Shown here one piece after another: positions 9,357 through 20,012 of a DNA stretch of 64,000 bases. The position numbers were made by a program, and so were the translations under genes. The stretch comes from a virus: IMG/VR virus record IMGVR_UViG_3300013306_000001, positions 1 through 64,000 of that record. One strand, given 5' to 3'. How positions within the stretch are numbered: position 1 is the first letter of the stretch; the number at the start of each line of letters is the position of its first letter. The notes under the pieces were generated by a model. The model saw only the letters and a program-made list of their open reading frames with translations, did not search any database and had not been told where the DNA came from.

Positions 9357-9922
9357 TCACCCTCCACAAACTTAATCAATCGTTGTTTATCTTCTTCATT
9401 GTACAAATTAAAACAAGGAACTCCATTTGCTTTAGCTAGGCTCCATGCTGTTGCAGTCCCACCTTTAATCTTACCATGTTTGTCTACTTGTGCCCAACAG
9501 ATAAGAAAGCTACTTGGATTATTCAAACCACTACCTAGGATTTGAAATGTATTACGTGCATGGAGAGCCTTAACTCCCTTTGAACACTTATCCCATGCTG
9601 GATGTGTCTCAGAGGCTAGGTGATAAGCCTCAGCTTTCTTAGGCATTCTATCCAGCACTTTGTACCAATCTTTGTAGAACTCGTCGTAAATTACAAAGCT
9701 AGCCCATGGAATATATAACTGAGCTAGTGTGACACGCTCATCAACCTGTTCAGCATAAGCCTTAGCACCAAGTTCAAAGGCAGTGTCAGCACCTCCAGCA
9801 GCACCTGAACGTAGAATGTAACCCTTCTGTGCAAGCTTGAATGCAATATCTTCCATAAGCTTGAGGATATCTTTGGGTGTCTGCCTTGATCCAATCCCCG
9901 TATAATATTTCATTTGCACCAC
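9353..9922 (-). CDS. SLOG-superfamily (DprA/Smf-like Rossmann fold) protein
   Basis: YTGIGSRQTP, LRSGAAGGADTAFE, HARN, GGTATA motifs. Confidence 0.75.
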   Translation of the reverse strand: MVQMKYYTGIGSRQTPKDILKLMEDIAFKLAQKGYILRSGAAGGADTAFELGAKAYAEQVDERVTLAQLYIPWASFVIYDEFYKDWYKVLDRMPKKAEAYHLASETHPAWDKCSKGVKALHARNTFQILGSGLNNPSSFLICWAQVDKHGKIKGGTATAWSLAKANGVPCFNLYNEEDKQRLIKFVEGE

Positions 9923-10270
9923 TCCACCATAATAAACAAGAATCCATCTTCAATATGACTGGAGTGTTCATCTTCGTATGCAATAGCATCTTCAACTTTA
10001 TCAAAACGTCCTATGATATCCCACCGCTCATCGTCATAATCTTTTCGATAGCAGTGTGTAACTGTATAACTAATATTCATTCCCGACCCCCATCCTCTAA
10101 CCAACTCCGATAAGCCTCTACTGGTGTCTTTCCCACACCACAAGCATAGTATATTTCCCAATCCTTGTTAGAAGCGTCTCCTTGTGGAGTATCCTCATCT
10201 GGTATTGTGCAGATATAGTGATCAGGACTTAGTCTGTTGATTACCCCATCAGCCCTAACTATTCTTGGTT

Positions 10271-10450
10271 TCATTTCGTCTCCATACATCCAGCAGCTAA
10301 TGTCTTACCTGTAAAGCTCGGAACAATCATTGTGAAGTATGTCCCATTACGCTCAATACACATCTTACGAATGTGTAGGTAATCATCTGTGTTGATTTGA
10401 TTACAACCTGAAACAGTAAGTAAACAGAAAGTCAATATTACATATTTCAT
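10271..10450 (-). CDS. small lipoprotein (59 aa)
   Basis: MKYVILTFCLLTVSG|C signal II with lipobox; translated by hand. Confidence 0.6.
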   Translation of the reverse strand: MKYVILTFCLLTVSGCNQINTDDYLHIRKMCIERNGTYFTMIVPSFTGKTLAAGCMETK

Positions 10451-12487
10451 TGAATAAACACCCCACTAGAACACTTCTCACAACCCTTATACCAAATCAT
10501 GTAATTACCTCCTTTCCAATAAGACTTAGGTATTCCTTTATGGTAACATTTGAAACATGTGAGTTCTTTCATTCTTCTCTCCTAGAAAATCTGACATTAT
10601 ATTTCATACCAAAAGATTCTACTTCCACAACAGTATTCCCCACCATAAACATAGTGTTGTATACAGGCATCTTCTGAAAGATAAGATTTGCTACATCCTC
10701 ATCTGTACCACCGTACACAAATAGCTCTGTGGTTAGTGGAGAATACTCATCTTGAGGATATTCTTCAAGAATCTTAGTTACACCAATAGCTTCCCAATCT
10801 GACCAAGATATCATCTAATCCTCCATCACAATAGTTTCATAACACCAACTACGCCAATGCTCATCACCACATCCACACGGGCAAGAATACTTAAACCCTT
10901 TCAATCCAGGATCTTGCTGTATACAATACTCTTGTGCAGACTTATGGTCAACAAAGACTTTCTCAGGGATATTAATCAAGCCCGGAGTATCATCTAAAGG
11001 CATTTCATATCACTGCACTAGATAAACTATTTTCTCACTCACTGTTCATCCTCCCAATAAACATAATCACTCCAGTCAGCATCACAAGCACACTCTGATG
11101 GTTCGTATGCACAACAGAAGCAAGCTCTGATATCCAATACCTTAGACCCATTACAAACTCCACACACTGTATCTAGTGTAAGATGTTCTTCTAGATATTT
11201 CTCATCCCTGTCTGCACAGAACTCACAAGGTCTTGTTGTCATAGTAATGGTAGCTCTACATATCTGTATTTATAGGCAAAATTCTTTTGGTTGCACAATA
11301 GACAAACCTCTTCAGCAGCATCTTGAGTAGAATGGACACTCATCAAATCCCGCATACTGTCTTCTTTCCACTCTCGATAAACAACGTACACCTTCTCCAT
11401 AATCTATCCTCAACAATAAGCTGAACACTTCCTACACGGGCACGATAGGCCCATAGGCTTCATACGTTCTTCTACAGGAATGCTATCCCACAGACATTTT
11501 GTTTCATAGGTAATATAATAATTAGGTTGTTCTTCGCTCAACCACCCAAATCTTTTATACCGTGCAACACTCTCTTCCATCTCTTTGCGAAGTTGTTTTA
11601 GTTCATCTTCTACGTTTTGCATACGATCTTCTAGTGTTTGATTCATTGTTCTTTCCTCAAATAAAGCTCATCACCGGTTGTCATGTACATAAACCACATC
11701 CTTGCTTTATGTCTGGCCTCTCTAGGTGTTTTCCATGTACCGACCATGAATCCATCTGAGTCAATAACATCAAACCATTTTTGGAATATACCTATTAGGT
11801 GCAATTTTAATCATTTCTCACTAACCTTCTTTAAAGCATGTTGATATCTACCAAACATAATATCAAAAGTTTCTTCAACACTCAAGTTGTTTGGTTTAGG
11901 TTCTCCATAAATTTGGTCTAGAAAATACTCCCCATACTTTCTAACTTCATCTTTAACCCATCTATCCCTGTAGTCAGAATCTTTTAGAAGTCTTTGTTCA
12001 TCAATAAATTCCCTCAAACACATCTTCCCACTCTTGTGCTCAGATTCCTCACAACATTTATGTTTAGGTCTTTTACCACATGTGCATAGGGGTTCAGTCA
12101 TTTTATTTACCTATCAAATGTAAGTAGACACCAATCGAGCCTAATACAGTTCCAATAGCAATTTGCCAAATAGGGAAAACTACAAATGTAAAAGCAATCA
12201 GCATACCAAGACCTGCACAAAGCACACAAGCAATAAATCCCATGACTAGTAGGTAAAGAAGCCCTATTAGTGTTTTAAGATATTTCATTTATTCCTCCAA
12301 TAATTCTCGCATTCAGGCTGATAACAACCTTTTGATTTAAAGAATAACCAATTAGGCTTCATTCCACTACCACATAGTGTGCAGGGGTCACCATTGCAGC
12401 CTACACGCATTAATGGTGATTTAGGTGGTGCACAAGGAGCTTTTGGTCTAATAACCCCCTCTGGCATTGGTATAGGTTCTTTAGCTG

Positions 12488-12880
12488 TCATTTTATTACT
12501 CTCCCATTAACAATCCCGAAATGTTCCTGAAGTATATCACACATCACTTGATAAGCAACAGGACTTTTCTCTTTCATCATAGCCCTGCCTGTACCAATAC
12601 CATCTTCAGGGAATACAATCACTTTACCTTGTGAAATCTTGTACAGATTACGTAACGATTCCTTTACAGCCTCAATCTCTTCCGGCTGGTCACTAAAGAA
12701 TGCCCAATCATCCCAAGACGGGTATCTTTTTGTGGGGATACCGAAGGCATTGGGCTCACCTCTGATGATAGCTTGTCCACCTTTGCCAAATGCTTTGAGA
12801 TTATCACCAAAGACAAATATCTTATTTGGGTAACGTCTGCACACTGGAGGGGATAAGATTTTATGGTACTCAATTATCAA
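12488..12880 (-). CDS. conserved phage protein, IFVFGDN family (possibly macrodomain-like)
   Basis: IFVFGDNL...GKGGQA.IR.EPNAFGIPTK and GIGTGRA Gly-rich loops. Confidence 0.45.
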   Translation of the reverse strand: MIIEYHKILSPPVCRRYPNKIFVFGDNLKAFGKGGQAIIRGEPNAFGIPTKRYPSWDDWAFFSDQPEEIEAVKESLRNLYKISQGKVIVFPEDGIGTGRAMMKEKSPVAYQVMCDILQEHFGIVNGRVIK

Positions 12881-14510
12881 AATCTCTCCTATTTAAATTT
12901 ATTACCCCGATTATAGCTAGCCTTCTTCCATTTGTACAGTAATCTTTCCTCTTCTTTCTGATAATCATCAGCATATTTTAAATATTGACTTGCTAGAAGG
13001 AGTGTATCTGGATGATCTGGGTCAAGGGAATCTGCTAGCTTTCTGTAGTAGGCTGGGACACTTGGTTGTTTTAGGTCGCGCTTCGACATTAAGGGGTATC
13101 AACCCACAACTCGTTAATCCAACAATCGTACATATAAGGTCCATTATCCCCAATCAAATAATTGATAAGCTCGTCCAAATATTCTTGTGCATCTTCTTTT
13201 GTTGTCCAGATATTTTTAGAATAGACAATATTAAATCCATGTGAGTCTGTTTGGTATACAGCTTGGTAGTATTTCATACTCTCTCCTATTTGTTTATGTT
13301 TAGTATACAATGCATAACTTGGTGTTTAATTAGAAATGCATTGTATTTAATATCAGTACTCAGCCCTACCACCAGATTTACAAGTTGGTCTCAATGTCAT
13401 TACCCCATTCTTCAATAAGATCGTCTAACCGACAAGTATTATAACTATTTATACTGTCCCATGGAACAACAAAGTTAAGATAAGCGTCAATTAGAGTAAT
13501 ACCTTTTACATCTTCTAACCAATCAATAAAATCTACAATTGTATCTCGTTCAGAACTCATATCTTAAACATAATATAACCTTTCTCGATAGCGTCAGCAA
13601 GTTTCACAAGCTGCATATTTCGCTGTGGGAGGTATGTGTAGTATTCCCCATCTTTCTTAACAAGACTAAATACAGCATTCTCAACATCTGCAAAGCGAAT
13701 AGATGAAATTGATTTCAATACAAATCCCTCTTGTGCTGTGTAGAATGATGTCACTCCATTAATTGTACGTACTTTGATGTGATTGCTCATTTACCCATCT
13801 CCATTCTGTTTTCCCAATCCCTTTTAATATTTTCCCAACCACCAAGAGCGTAAGACTTGTATCGAGGAATAATATTTTCTTTCTCTCCTGAGTTACTCCA
13901 ATCAATACCGCACAGCAGAAATTGTGTAAGAAGCTCATTATTTACATAACGCCAGTCTGAGAAATCTCGGACAACGCGAGTAAATTCTATTAAATCTCCA
14001 ATGCACATTCTCACATCTTTACACATTTCTTCCTTTCTACGCTCACGCATAATTTTAAAGGCTGCTTCATTACGCTCTTTAATACTAGTTTCCATAATAA
14101 ATCCCCTTCTCTCGTCGTTCAGCATCTGTATCAAATACACCAGTCCAGTAAGCTTTTGTAAACATCATCCAGCTTGTTTGGGTATTCAAGTCTTGGAAAT
14201 ACTTATCCAATGTAGGGTGTAGCTCAACATCCATACCCCAAGACTTTGCAAGGGAGAGGAATGTCTGGAATTGTTCTTCGTGTGATTTAACCATTATCTT
14301 TGTCCTGCATCTTGTAAACTGAAAGAATTGCAAGAGGGACGCTGACAGGGAAGAACAAAGCTGCAATAAAGCTCCCTTTCAGATTAAATTTATGCTTGGC
14401 TGCATAGCAACACAGAGCATCGTTGTGGATTGTTAACAGAACACCTACAACATAGATTATAAATAACATATTCCTCTCCTAAAACAATCGGTAAAATTCA
14501 TATAACAAAT

Positions 14511-14540
14511 ATAGTGTAGATGATTACCCTGTACGTGTCA
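14511..14540 (-). promoter_or_regulatory. sigma70-type promoter
   Basis: Reverse strand TTGACA-17-TACACT. Confidence 0.65.
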
Positions 14541-14644
14541 AGCTTGTTTTACTTAACTCGTCTAGAATAGGGTAAAACTACGCCAACTTTACCACTTTCG
14601 TTTGATTTCTAAACACTATCTCGACCTAAGTAACAGACTAATCT

Positions 14645-15385
14645 TCAAAGAAGGGTAAAAAGCTTCTCCACTCCCTTCTTAGAGCCCGTGTCTTTGGTCA
14701 ATGAGTTGTTAACCTCTTTAGACCAAACACAAATAAAATCATCAGGCATGTTGTATTCAGACACAAATACTTTATGGCCTTCGTTGTGACGATCACGACA
14801 CCATTGATAAAAACGCTCGTGGTCAAAATCATCCTTATACTTTGTAGTCCCAGCATAAGGTGGATCACAGTAGATAGTTGCCTTCCCACAACGACTAAAA
14901 TCAATATCAAATACAGACTTATTTTGGAAGTGTACACCTAAAAGATTCTTTTGCTGTTTTAGCAAACTTTCGTAAGACTTACGGCTTTGCTCATTCTCAT
15001 TAAATTCTTTTAATTTTGGATCTTCTTTAGTACCTGCAATATCTCGTCGATACCCGCCAAACCATTTACCCCCAAATGACATTGCAAAACCTACATAACC
15101 AGTAAGTGCTTTATTCTGATCTTTGTTAGATCGTACATTTGAGTACATATCCTCTGTAATAAGTTGATTGGGCAACCAACCTTTACTCACAGATTGCCAC
15201 AAAGCAATCAGATATTCATGTACATCACAGCCCAAACGCTTAGGGGCAATCAACGGATCAACCTTATCAATCATGTTAGCCCCGCCAACAAAAGGCTCTA
15301 CATACCACATATCAGGAGTATGGTCTTTCAAGATAATTGGTAGCAACTCTTTTGCGTGACGTGCTTTCGATCCCATATATTTCAT
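14645..15385 (-). CDS. dam: DNA adenine methyltransferase (D12/Dam family)
   Basis: KYMGSK, YVEPFVGGA (motif I) and IYCDPPY (motif IV). Confidence 0.9.
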   Translation of the reverse strand: MKYMGSKARHAKELLPIILKDHTPDMWYVEPFVGGANMIDKVDPLIAPKRLGCDVHEYLIALWQSVSKGWLPNQLITEDMYSNVRSNKDQNKALTGYVGFAMSFGGKWFGGYRRDIAGTKEDPKLKEFNENEQSRKSYESLLKQQKNLLGVHFQNKSVFDIDFSRCGKATIYCDPPYAGTTKYKDDFDHERFYQWCRDRHNEGHKVFVSEYNMPDDFICVWSKEVNNSLTKDTGSKKGVEKLFTLL

Positions 15386-15738
15386 TAGTTGTTATCTCCT
15401 TTATTTTCTGAGAATTCAAGCACTAACCCCACCATAGCTACAGCCGTCCATGTAGAATTAGCATTTACAAGCTGATTTAGGTTACTAAAACCTGTTGACT
15501 CGATAAACGCATCCATGTCCACTCCAGTCTTCTTGCAAGCTCTTCGGATATACTTTGTAGCTGATGCTGGGATGTACCAATGGGGCATGGTTAGCCTATA
15601 TTTTGATGCAATCTCTCGCCAGTATGGCTCGTCTGCATAATCTGTTTTCAGATTAGCCTTAGCGTACTCTTGGTCAGCTAGCCGTCTCTGTTTGATATCC
15701 TCTCGTTGTTGCTCAGTCATCGGAACTAGATGTGTCAT
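15385..15738 (-). CDS. hypothetical protein
   Basis: 117 aa coupled ORF. Confidence 0.75.
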   Translation of the reverse strand: MTHLVPMTEQQREDIKQRRLADQEYAKANLKTDYADEPYWREIASKYRLTMPHWYIPASATKYIRRACKKTGVDMDAFIESTGFSNLNQLVNANSTWTAVAMVGLVLEFSENKGDNN

Positions 15739-16025
15739 TTTGTCCCCTCAAGAAATTCTAAGTAATCCATACAACCTTTTGTGAAGGCATCCCCGTTCAG
15801 ATATTTAGCCACAGAGTGAAAAGCAATTGTGCCACCTTCTTTATGTTTAAACTCAACACGCAGGTGGTCGTGTGAATGAAGACACCACCCACCTTTGATA
15901 AGCTGCCCTGCTTCCAGTAACCCATTAAACCAATCAGACTTCTTATATTTACTCATAGCAATCCTCTTGCGCATTCTTTTGCACATCTTAGACGATTTTA
16001 GCCGAAGATATGCACTATATTTCAC
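15735..16025 (-). CDS. hypothetical protein
   Basis: 96 aa coupled ORF. Confidence 0.65.
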   Translation of the reverse strand: MKYSAYLRLKSSKMCKRMRKRIAMSKYKKSDWFNGLLEAGQLIKGGWCLHSHDHLRVEFKHKEGGTIAFHSVAKYLNGDAFTKGCMDYLEFLEGTK

Positions 16026-16310
16026 TTATATGGTTATTCCGATATTCATAGAACATTTCTTAACCAAATAGCTATGAATATCCTTAACCATTTCTTCTGT
16101 AAAGCTATACCCTTCCTTAGTCTTCTCAATCACAAGGTCTCGTGTAACATCCCAAGCTTTAGATTGACATTCTTTGAACACAGCATCGTGCCATCTGTTA
16201 TACATTGGTGATGTGATAATAACATTCTGCTTTGGTGGAGCAATTGTACAGCCTGTTATGACAACAGTCAAGGATATTGTCAGGATAAGCTTTACAGAAG
16301 AAATATTCAT
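16026..16310 (-). CDS. lipoprotein
   Basis: Start at 16310; MNISSVKLILTISLTVVITG|C lipobox. Confidence 0.6.
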   Translation of the reverse strand: MNISSVKLILTISLTVVITGCTIAPPKQNVIITSPMYNRWHDAVFKECQSKAWDVTRDLVIEKTKEGYSFTEEMVKDIHSYLVKKCSMNIGITI

Positions 16311-16344
16311 TTTGGTTTGTCCTTGAGGTCCTTCCTCAGTGAGA

Positions 16345-16674
16345 CTATGTTTTAGGTTTCCACAGTTTTGCAAATTTCAATACATTAGGTATGGCATCAC
16401 TTTCTACAGGAAACACCACAAGACAACTCTTCTCTCCACTTAGTGTAGTATTCTCGTGACCTTCCCAGCAAATAAGTGCACTACGAATATTTTCAAATTC
16501 TTTACGATTTACTCGTAGTACCACCTTTCGAAAAGAATCTTTAAGCCATAGACGATAATCATCTTCATATTCCCAAAGCATATGGGCATTTAGAATGCTG
16601 TGAGCTACAAGAGTTGGCACCATAAAATCTGACACTTCGTCAAGTACAGCAATGTAAAGTTTACTATAGTTCAT
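16345..16674 (-). CDS. PTH2-like peptidyl-tRNA hydrolase domain protein
   Basis: KLYIAV...VAHS...W....FRKVVLRV pattern of PTH2-fold proteins. Confidence 0.6.
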   Translation of the reverse strand: MNYSKLYIAVLDEVSDFMVPTLVAHSILNAHMLWEYEDDYRLWLKDSFRKVVLRVNRKEFENIRSALICWEGHENTTLSGEKSCLVVFPVESDAIPNVLKFAKLWKPKT

Positions 16675-16851
16675 TTTCCTTCTCCTTTAGAGATTCAATG
16701 TAATCCAACACATCTTGAGTCTGTTGTACAGCGAAACTGATCAAATCATTTGGTGGAATATCACAAGCTTTGGCTATACGCTTGCAACGACGATCACATT
16801 TGTCAAGATCACGTTTTAGGAATTCAAGTTCTTTTGCTAATTTATCTTTAG

Positions 16852-17202
16852 TCACTCAAGATCCTCCTCGGTAATCTCTGGAAAATTATAACCTTCATCC
16901 TTAAGAATCTGTAGACGACTGAGTAAAGTTTCCTTGTCATCAACAAATCTTTCACCATCATATTTCAAACCAATCCTCTTGCGTTTACAAGATTCTAGGA
17001 AACTCATCTGGGCTTTGTGTTGTTCTGCCCAAAGCTCTCCTAACTCCTCTGTGTAAACATCCGGAAGAAAGATTGTATTATCTACTTTTGGTACTGGGCC
17101 AATAATACGATTGCTAGCAACATGTGTGTAATAAGTTCCTTCTCCCTCATAAATATAAAGATCACAAGACCAGTTCATACTGGACCATCTACACAGAGCC
17201 AT
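16852..17202 (-). CDS. hypothetical protein
   Basis: AGGAGG RBS; MALCRWSS...CDLYIYE. Confidence 0.75.
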   Translation of the reverse strand: MALCRWSSMNWSCDLYIYEGEGTYYTHVASNRIIGPVPKVDNTIFLPDVYTEELGELWAEQHKAQMSFLESCKRKRIGLKYDGERFVDDKETLLSRLQILKDEGYNFPEITEEDLE

Positions 17203-17237
17203 AAAACCTCCTAATTAATTTATAAATCCATATTAAC

Positions 17238-17272
17238 AAAAAGAGCAGCCAATCACAAGGACTAGCTGCTCC
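17238..17272 (-). terminator. intrinsic terminator
   Basis: GAGCAGC stem followed by a T-run on the - strand. Confidence 0.6.
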
Positions 17273-17482
17273 ATAAATTTCTATTCATCTTCAAAAGTTG
17301 ATAGATTCTCTTCATGATAACTCTGAAGCATTCTACTAACCTCATTATCATTCCAACCCTGACCTAAGACAATCTCTTGATACTTCTGTCCAGCATATCG
17401 AGCATGAGAATATTCATCACACCAGCACCAATTACCATCTTGGAATAAATAAACTCTGTCACGATTCATATAAAGTACCTCC

Positions 17483-17893
17483 TCACAGATATTTGGAATA
17501 AAGCATGTATTCATAAGCTGGGTCTACAAAGCTTACAAGATTACTTGTAGTTCGAATGTGTCCAGTTTTCTTGTTTAGTTGGATATTCACAATATTCACA
17601 ATCTTAGCGGCCTTAGCTTTACGGATTTTATAGTGGCTGAAGTCAAATGGTGCTTTAAAGTCTTTACCATGCCAATCACTGTAAACATTATTGTGTAAGA
17701 GGCAAGCAGTGTGTACAGAAATACTTTTACGAGCTTTGTTCTCGTAGTCATCACTTACAAAGTGTGGTGAACCAAATAGACGACCTTCGTATTCATAATT
17801 AAGTCCACGCATGAACTCTGTTAAGGATTTAAATTGAAGCTTATATGTGTCAATGATTTCTTCTGGTAGAAGGGTGTTCTCTGTAGCTGTCAT
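17483..17893 (-). CDS. hypothetical protein
   Basis: 136 aa coupled ORF. Confidence 0.7.
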   Translation of the reverse strand: MTATENTLLPEEIIDTYKLQFKSLTEFMRGLNYEYEGRLFGSPHFVSDDYENKARKSISVHTACLLHNNVYSDWHGKDFKAPFDFSHYKIRKAKAAKIVNIVNIQLNKKTGHIRTTSNLVSFVDPAYEYMLYSKYL

Positions 17894-18300
17894 TTAGGTT
17901 CTCCTTTAAATTGTTCTGTCTTAACGTTGTATTTGTTTAGATAATCAATCCCATCAAGTTTACGATAACTTTCTAAGTAAACTACTCGATTTACTTTTGC
18001 CCTCACTAGAAGCTTTGCGCACTCGATGCAGCAGCTCAATGTTACGTAGACCGTAGATCCTTTTGCGCTAACTCCTTGTTCAAGCATTTTGCCTAAGCAG
18101 TTCAGTTCTGCATGTATCACTTCCTGATTTCCTTCCTTTGAGTAATCCCATATATTCGGACCTCCACTCGCCATACCGTTGAATCCCACAGAAAGCATGC
18201 CTGACTCTGGTACAATGACACAACCTACAGCTTTACGTGGACACTTACTCTCTTGCGACACACGTATAGCTAAATCCATGTAGAGATTATCATACTTCAT
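17890..18300 (-). CDS. dCMP deaminase
   Basis: S.CPRKAVGC, GFNG, HAE and CCIEC zinc-deaminase motifs. Confidence 0.9.
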   Translation of the reverse strand: MKYDNLYMDLAIRVSQESKCPRKAVGCVIVPESGMLSVGFNGMASGGPNIWDYSKEGNQEVIHAELNCLGKMLEQGVSAKGSTVYVTLSCCIECAKLLVRAKVNRVVYLESYRKLDGIDYLNKYNVKTEQFKGEPK

Positions 18301-18736
18301 AAGTCAACTCACGAATATCACCAACACTTAAGTCTTTTCGTTGACTACCACACACCACTTCTTGATACATATCTCCAACTGTGTTTCGGAGTTCTTTAAA
18401 GGTTTCTCCCCAAGGACCAGTAATGAGAAGTGTAACACAACCTTTACTTCGTGTGATTCTATGATAAGAATTCTTTGGGATAAACAAAGCTTTTGAACGA
18501 CTACGAAGACACTTTATAATTTTATTACCTTGCAATACTTCTTCTGTGTAATCACCTTTCAGAAGAAAGCTATAAGCATTGAAAGCGTGAGTATGGAAAC
18601 GATCTTGCACACCTTTTGATTTGTGGAAGTTAAATAATTTAATACTGAACCACTTTTTATATTCCAGAATAGTTAATTCAGTAACTGATTGATCACCTAA
18701 GTCAATCTTTTTCTTCTTGAAAAATACAACTTTCAT
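18290..18736 (-). CDS. cupin-fold protein
   Basis: FHTHAF...GDYTEE...SYHRI...TLLITGP cupin motifs. Confidence 0.65.
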   Translation of the reverse strand: MKVVFFKKKKIDLGDQSVTELTILEYKKWFSIKLFNFHKSKGVQDRFHTHAFNAYSFLLKGDYTEEVLQGNKIIKCLRSRSKALFIPKNSYHRITRSKGCVTLLITGPWGETFKELRNTVGDMYQEVVCGSQRKDLSVGDIRELTYEV

Positions 18737-18744
18737 ATTCTCTC

Positions 18745-19029
18745 CTATTTCTTTCTAGTGGCAGTTCCACGACAACTCAATTCACCACTCTCAGATTTAC
18801 TCACTGTCTTCTGTAGCTTACTGGCTACGACAGTGTAACGTGATTTACCGTATACAGAGTCAATGTATTCCTGAGCTACTTGTCGTGAAGCTGTATGGAC
18901 AAAGACATACTCTCCCATAGCATTCTGTATGTAGAATGTAGACGGCGGATTGAACTCGTAATCTGTGAAAGTGTTGTAGTCAATGATGGTTACTTTAGGC
19001 TCTTTGACTTTACTTTCACTCATTGCCAA
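18745..19029 (-). CDS. hypothetical protein
   Basis: 94 aa ORF with RBS. Confidence 0.7.
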   Translation of the reverse strand: MAMSESKVKEPKVTIIDYNTFTDYEFNPPSTFYIQNAMGEYVFVHTASRQVAQEYIDSVYGKSRYTVVASKLQKTVSKSESGELSCRGTATRKK

Positions 19030-19185
19030 TCTCCCTGAGCGTATTCTAGATCAGGCTCATACCTCCATGAGCTATCTACTTCAAAGTCATGATCATTCAG
19101 TGCCAAATAATCATCAAACTCATCCCCGAGTTCGTTCACCATATCGTTTAGGGTCATTTTAGTCTCCTTTGTGTTAATCTGTCGC

Positions 19186-19215
19186 TATTGTAAGCCGACA
19201 GATTGTTAGAGTCAA
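19186..19215 (-). promoter_or_regulatory. sigma70-type promoter
   Basis: Reverse strand TTGACT-17-TACAAT. Confidence 0.65.
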
Positions 19216-19217
19216 GC

Positions 19218-20009
19218 TTATTTTGTAGTAATGTCAAAACCTTCGGGTTGCATAGCTGGTTGCACAGTTTTAGCTTTAGATTTACGGGCTAATTTCTTAG
19301 CAGCTTCATCTTTTTGTTTGTCGTATGCAATTAGAGCTTTTGTGACAGCTTGTTCAACAATTTCCTCAATTGAAGGCATGTCATCAAAATCTTCTTCTTG
19401 CTCAAGAGGCCCTTCTTGTCCACATGCAGGATTACCACATTGGCAAGGTAGGTTTGCCCGGTACTCCTGAAGATTATCCAAACGATCAGCAATTGTTTCT
19501 GCATCAAAATAAAACGGTGTGCCTTTAATCACATCGGATAGCTCTTCATTAGACAAGAACCCACTATACACATTTTCATAAAGGCGTTTAAGTTGCTGAC
19601 GACTAAAGTTCGCATGTTCAAAAATATCAGTGTCCTTTGCCATGATTCCGTAAGAACTCGTGTGAATCATTAGACTAGAAGTGTCATCTAAGATCCACTC
19701 CCGGCAGGAAAGCCCAATGATAGACCCCGCTGAAGCAACTTCAGGCCCTAGAATAGCAATTGTATGTGCAGCACAACTATTCAAACTCCGAACAAACAAC
19801 ATTGCAGTGTAGAGGTCGCCGCCTGCTGTACACAAATCCAGCACTACGGTATCTTGTTCAGACGCCCCATTAATCAAATCAAATTCATCACTAAAGTTTG
19901 ATGGTTCTGTAATATCCTCATGAATCCGAATAACGTGAGTCATACCGCCATTATGACTAGATGAGATTCGGGACTTCTGTGGCAACAGCATTAGTTCTTC
20001 GTGTTTCAT
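19218..20009 (-). CDS. clpP: ClpP-like serine protease
   Basis: L.T.GGD, VASAGS (catalytic Ser) and LMIH (His) motifs; extra Cys-rich, acidic C-terminal tail. Confidence 0.8.
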   Translation of the reverse strand: MKHEELMLLPQKSRISSSHNGGMTHVIRIHEDITEPSNFSDEFDLINGASEQDTVVLDLCTAGGDLYTAMLFVRSLNSCAAHTIAILGPEVASAGSIIGLSCREWILDDTSSLMIHTSSYGIMAKDTDIFEHANFSRQQLKRLYENVYSGFLSNEELSDVIKGTPFYFDAETIADRLDNLQEYRANLPCQCGNPACGQEGPLEQEEDFDDMPSIEEIVEQAVTKALIAYDKQKDEAAKKLARKSKAKTVQPAMQPEGFDITTK

Positions 20010-20012
20010 ATT

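Larger units (their letters stand above)
9910..14470 (-). other. dense run of about 20 small co-oriented hypothetical ORFs (e.g. 10569-10814, 10815-11003, 11039-11242, 11410-11646, 11811-12101, 12103-12288, 12285-12491, 12889-13089, 13378-13560, 13557-13790, 14287-14469)
   Basis: Abutting or overlapping ORFs with GGAG/AGGA RBS; several Cys-rich or membrane-spanning; no recognisable families. Confidence 0.7.
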
